From IMG/VR virus record IMGVR_UViG_3300024336_000009, positions 7,795 to 71,794 of that record: 64,000 nucleotides of DNA; one strand, given 5' to 3'. Positions 62,246 through 64,000 of the stretch are shown one piece after another. The translations under genes were made by a program, and so were the position numbers. The notes beneath the pieces were generated by a model, which worked only from the letters and a program-made list of their open reading frames with translations, made no database searches and had not been told where the DNA came from. The number at the start of each line of letters is the position of its first letter. Position 1 is the stretch's first letter. The DNA is from a virus.

Positions 62246-63370
62246 TTATTTCCTTTGTATAAATGATTCTCATCTTTTGGAGATTGATTCGTATTTTTCT
62301 TTGCCACCTCTGGTTAATGTTGTAAATGGTTTCCCCTTTTCAGCGGCTTTCATAGATTTCATACCAATGGCCTTTTCATTTCGCGCGTGATAGTCTGGAT
62401 ATGGTTCGTGATTTATAGTAGATTGTACTTTATCTCCTGGTTTCCAATCCAATAAATCTTGAAGATAATTATCGGGATTATTTTTATTGGCATGTTTTAT
62501 CAAGTCTGGGTCCTTTTTCAGAAGTCCTTTTAATTCATCTTGATAATGTTTAATTTCTTCTGGGTGATCTGCCTGATACATGTTTGAATAATGATATACC
62601 CCAGACCCATGATCTGTCATTCTACCACCGAATGGGTGTATTCCCTGCCTAATAAATTGCATTTTTCTCTCATCAGTAGTCCGTCTGTCTTCTTCCGGTC
62701 TCCGAACACCCTTATTAAAATCACTCTCACTAGCAAAACTACTATCAGTATCCCACTGCTTTTTATTAGATACCTTTTGACTTATAACTTTGGGATGAAT
62801 ATGTTTAAAATCTTCATCACTTGTACCAATGTGATCTTCCCAGCCATATTGTGCAGCTTTTTTCCAATGCATTTTCAAGGCCGCTTTTACTTCAGGGCTT
62901 TGGGTTCTGGAATCGTGATCGTATTTTGGTTTAAATTTTTGCTTTTCTTTATCAGACATTTTTGAGCCGGATTTGGTTGCAGATTTTTCTTGTGCTTTAG
63001 ATTCTGGATCGAGGCCCGCATCTTTAAGCATATCCCGTTCCCGCTTTTCCAATTCTTTCCAAGGAGTATTCTCAATTTCATCTTTTTCTTCTTGGTCTAA
63101 GTCGTCCCATCTATCTTCTGAACTATATCCAATGTCGTCGTCTTCACCACCACTTTCACCACCCCTATTAAAATCATCATTTGGGTCTTCGGACGCGTCG
63201 CCGGCAGTAGTATCTTTGCCACCCACACGAACTTTTGTGGTATCACGCATTTTGTGTTTTTCTTTATATGCGTCGAAATCAGCTTTAGTTTTGAAATCTA
63301 TTTCATCCAGTTCAACATAATTTTCCCATTGTTTATCTATGGATTCGTATAATTTTCTATCATAGCCCAT
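62246..63370 (-). CDS. Highly charged hypothetical protein; TGA at 62270 read as Trp
   Basis: C-terminal YESISKR-W-ESFIQRK repeats the N-terminal YESIDKQWENYV. Confidence 0.7.
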
Positions 63371-63395
63371 GATTTATATCTCCTATTATTTTATT

Positions 63396-63887
63396 CTAGA
63401 ATTGTAAAATTGCGTAGTCATATCTTAAAGAAAGACTAATTTCCATTGCATCTGCTCCGGATGTCCAGTCTAAATCATTGCCATTGAAACTGGTAATCCA
63501 TGCACCTTTCAATGTCCATTCTTCAACTTTGTCGCCGACTGGACCGAGTACGTTAATTGTAATATCCTTTTTATAGAAATCTGAGTATCCATCACGACCG
63601 GTAACTGATTCATGTCCTAAACGAACCCATTCCATAGCTGCTTGTGCAGCGGAAGGAACAACTGGGTCATAAAGTGTGATATCGAGTGGTTCCCATGAAC
63701 CCTTACCCTTTACATATCGTTTGACATTGATGTGATTCAATTCAATCTCTTCGAAAGTAATTGAAGGTCTTGCCGCGGTTTTAATAAGATATGCGGGGAT
63801 TCCCTCTATATACATTATATATCTATTTTTGACCTTTGGTTCGAATGGTGTGAAAAAAATCTCAGAAGCATCAATTAGGTTAGCCAT
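63396..63887 (-). CDS. Tail tube protein (T4 gp19-like)
   Basis: FEPKVKNRY, WEPLDITLYDP, WVR, YKKDI, LGPVGD.VEEWTL.GAW, LRYDYA. Confidence 0.88.
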   Translation of the reverse strand: MANLIDASEIFFTPFEPKVKNRYIMYIEGIPAYLIKTAARPSITFEEIELNHINVKRYVKGKGSWEPLDITLYDPVVPSAAQAAMEWVRLGHESVTGRDGYSDFYKKDITINVLGPVGDKVEEWTLKGAWITSFNGNDLDWTSGADAMEISLSLRYDYAILQF

Positions 63888-63925
63888 CTGTATTCTCCTT
63901 TTTTAAGTTTAAAATATCTTTGTTC

Positions 63926-63952
63926 ACATATAAATATCACAAAGTCAAAAAA
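63926..63952 (-). promoter_or_regulatory. Putative phage-specific promoter motif TGATATTTATA (representative copy)
   Basis: The same TA(T/C)TTAT core lies in intergenic DNA upstream of genes at 19814, 23268, 23594, 31403, 48900, 50213, 60091 and 63929. Confidence 0.6.
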
Positions 63953-64000
63953 TGGCCCATTTCAGGTGTTTTTATCTTAGAAGTTTTTTCATAGTTTTAT

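Noticed and set aside
220-63320. Plus-strand ORFs in the supplied track
   Set aside because: They are antisense shadows of minus-strand genes with no recognisable motifs.

Overview
A 64-kb segment of a large, AT-rich, T4-like (contractile-tailed) phage genome. Essentially every real gene is on the minus strand. Left to right it holds: an ~18-kb glycan/nucleotide-sugar cluster (gmd, RmlD-like reductase, DegT aminotransferase, C- and FkbM methyltransferases, about 10 glycosyltransferases); a replication and DNA-modification block (clamp, clamp loader, PolB, two Mom-like GNATs, a DUF4338/DruA-like protein, two atypical tRNA-Gly, dUTPase, intein-containing class II RNR, helicase, 5'-3' exonuclease, RecA/UvsX, SSB); an early region driven by repeated sigma70-type promoters (PNK, HD hydrolase, HNH-RNA ligase); and a PolA-like gene plus a tail/baseplate module. 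Two main results. (1) TGA is read as Trp: by manual count there are about 41 in-frame TGAs in 17 genes, concentrated in structural, glycan and free-standing endonuclease genes. They are absent from the early genes and from core replication genes other than recA, so many ORFs in the supplied track are fragments. (2) Two tRNA-Gly genes keep GlyRS identity elements but have lost features needed for translation. They sit beside Mom-like/GNAT-like genes, suggesting dedicated aminoacyl-tRNA donors for DNA hypermodification. All product calls come from motif recognition only; no database searches were run.
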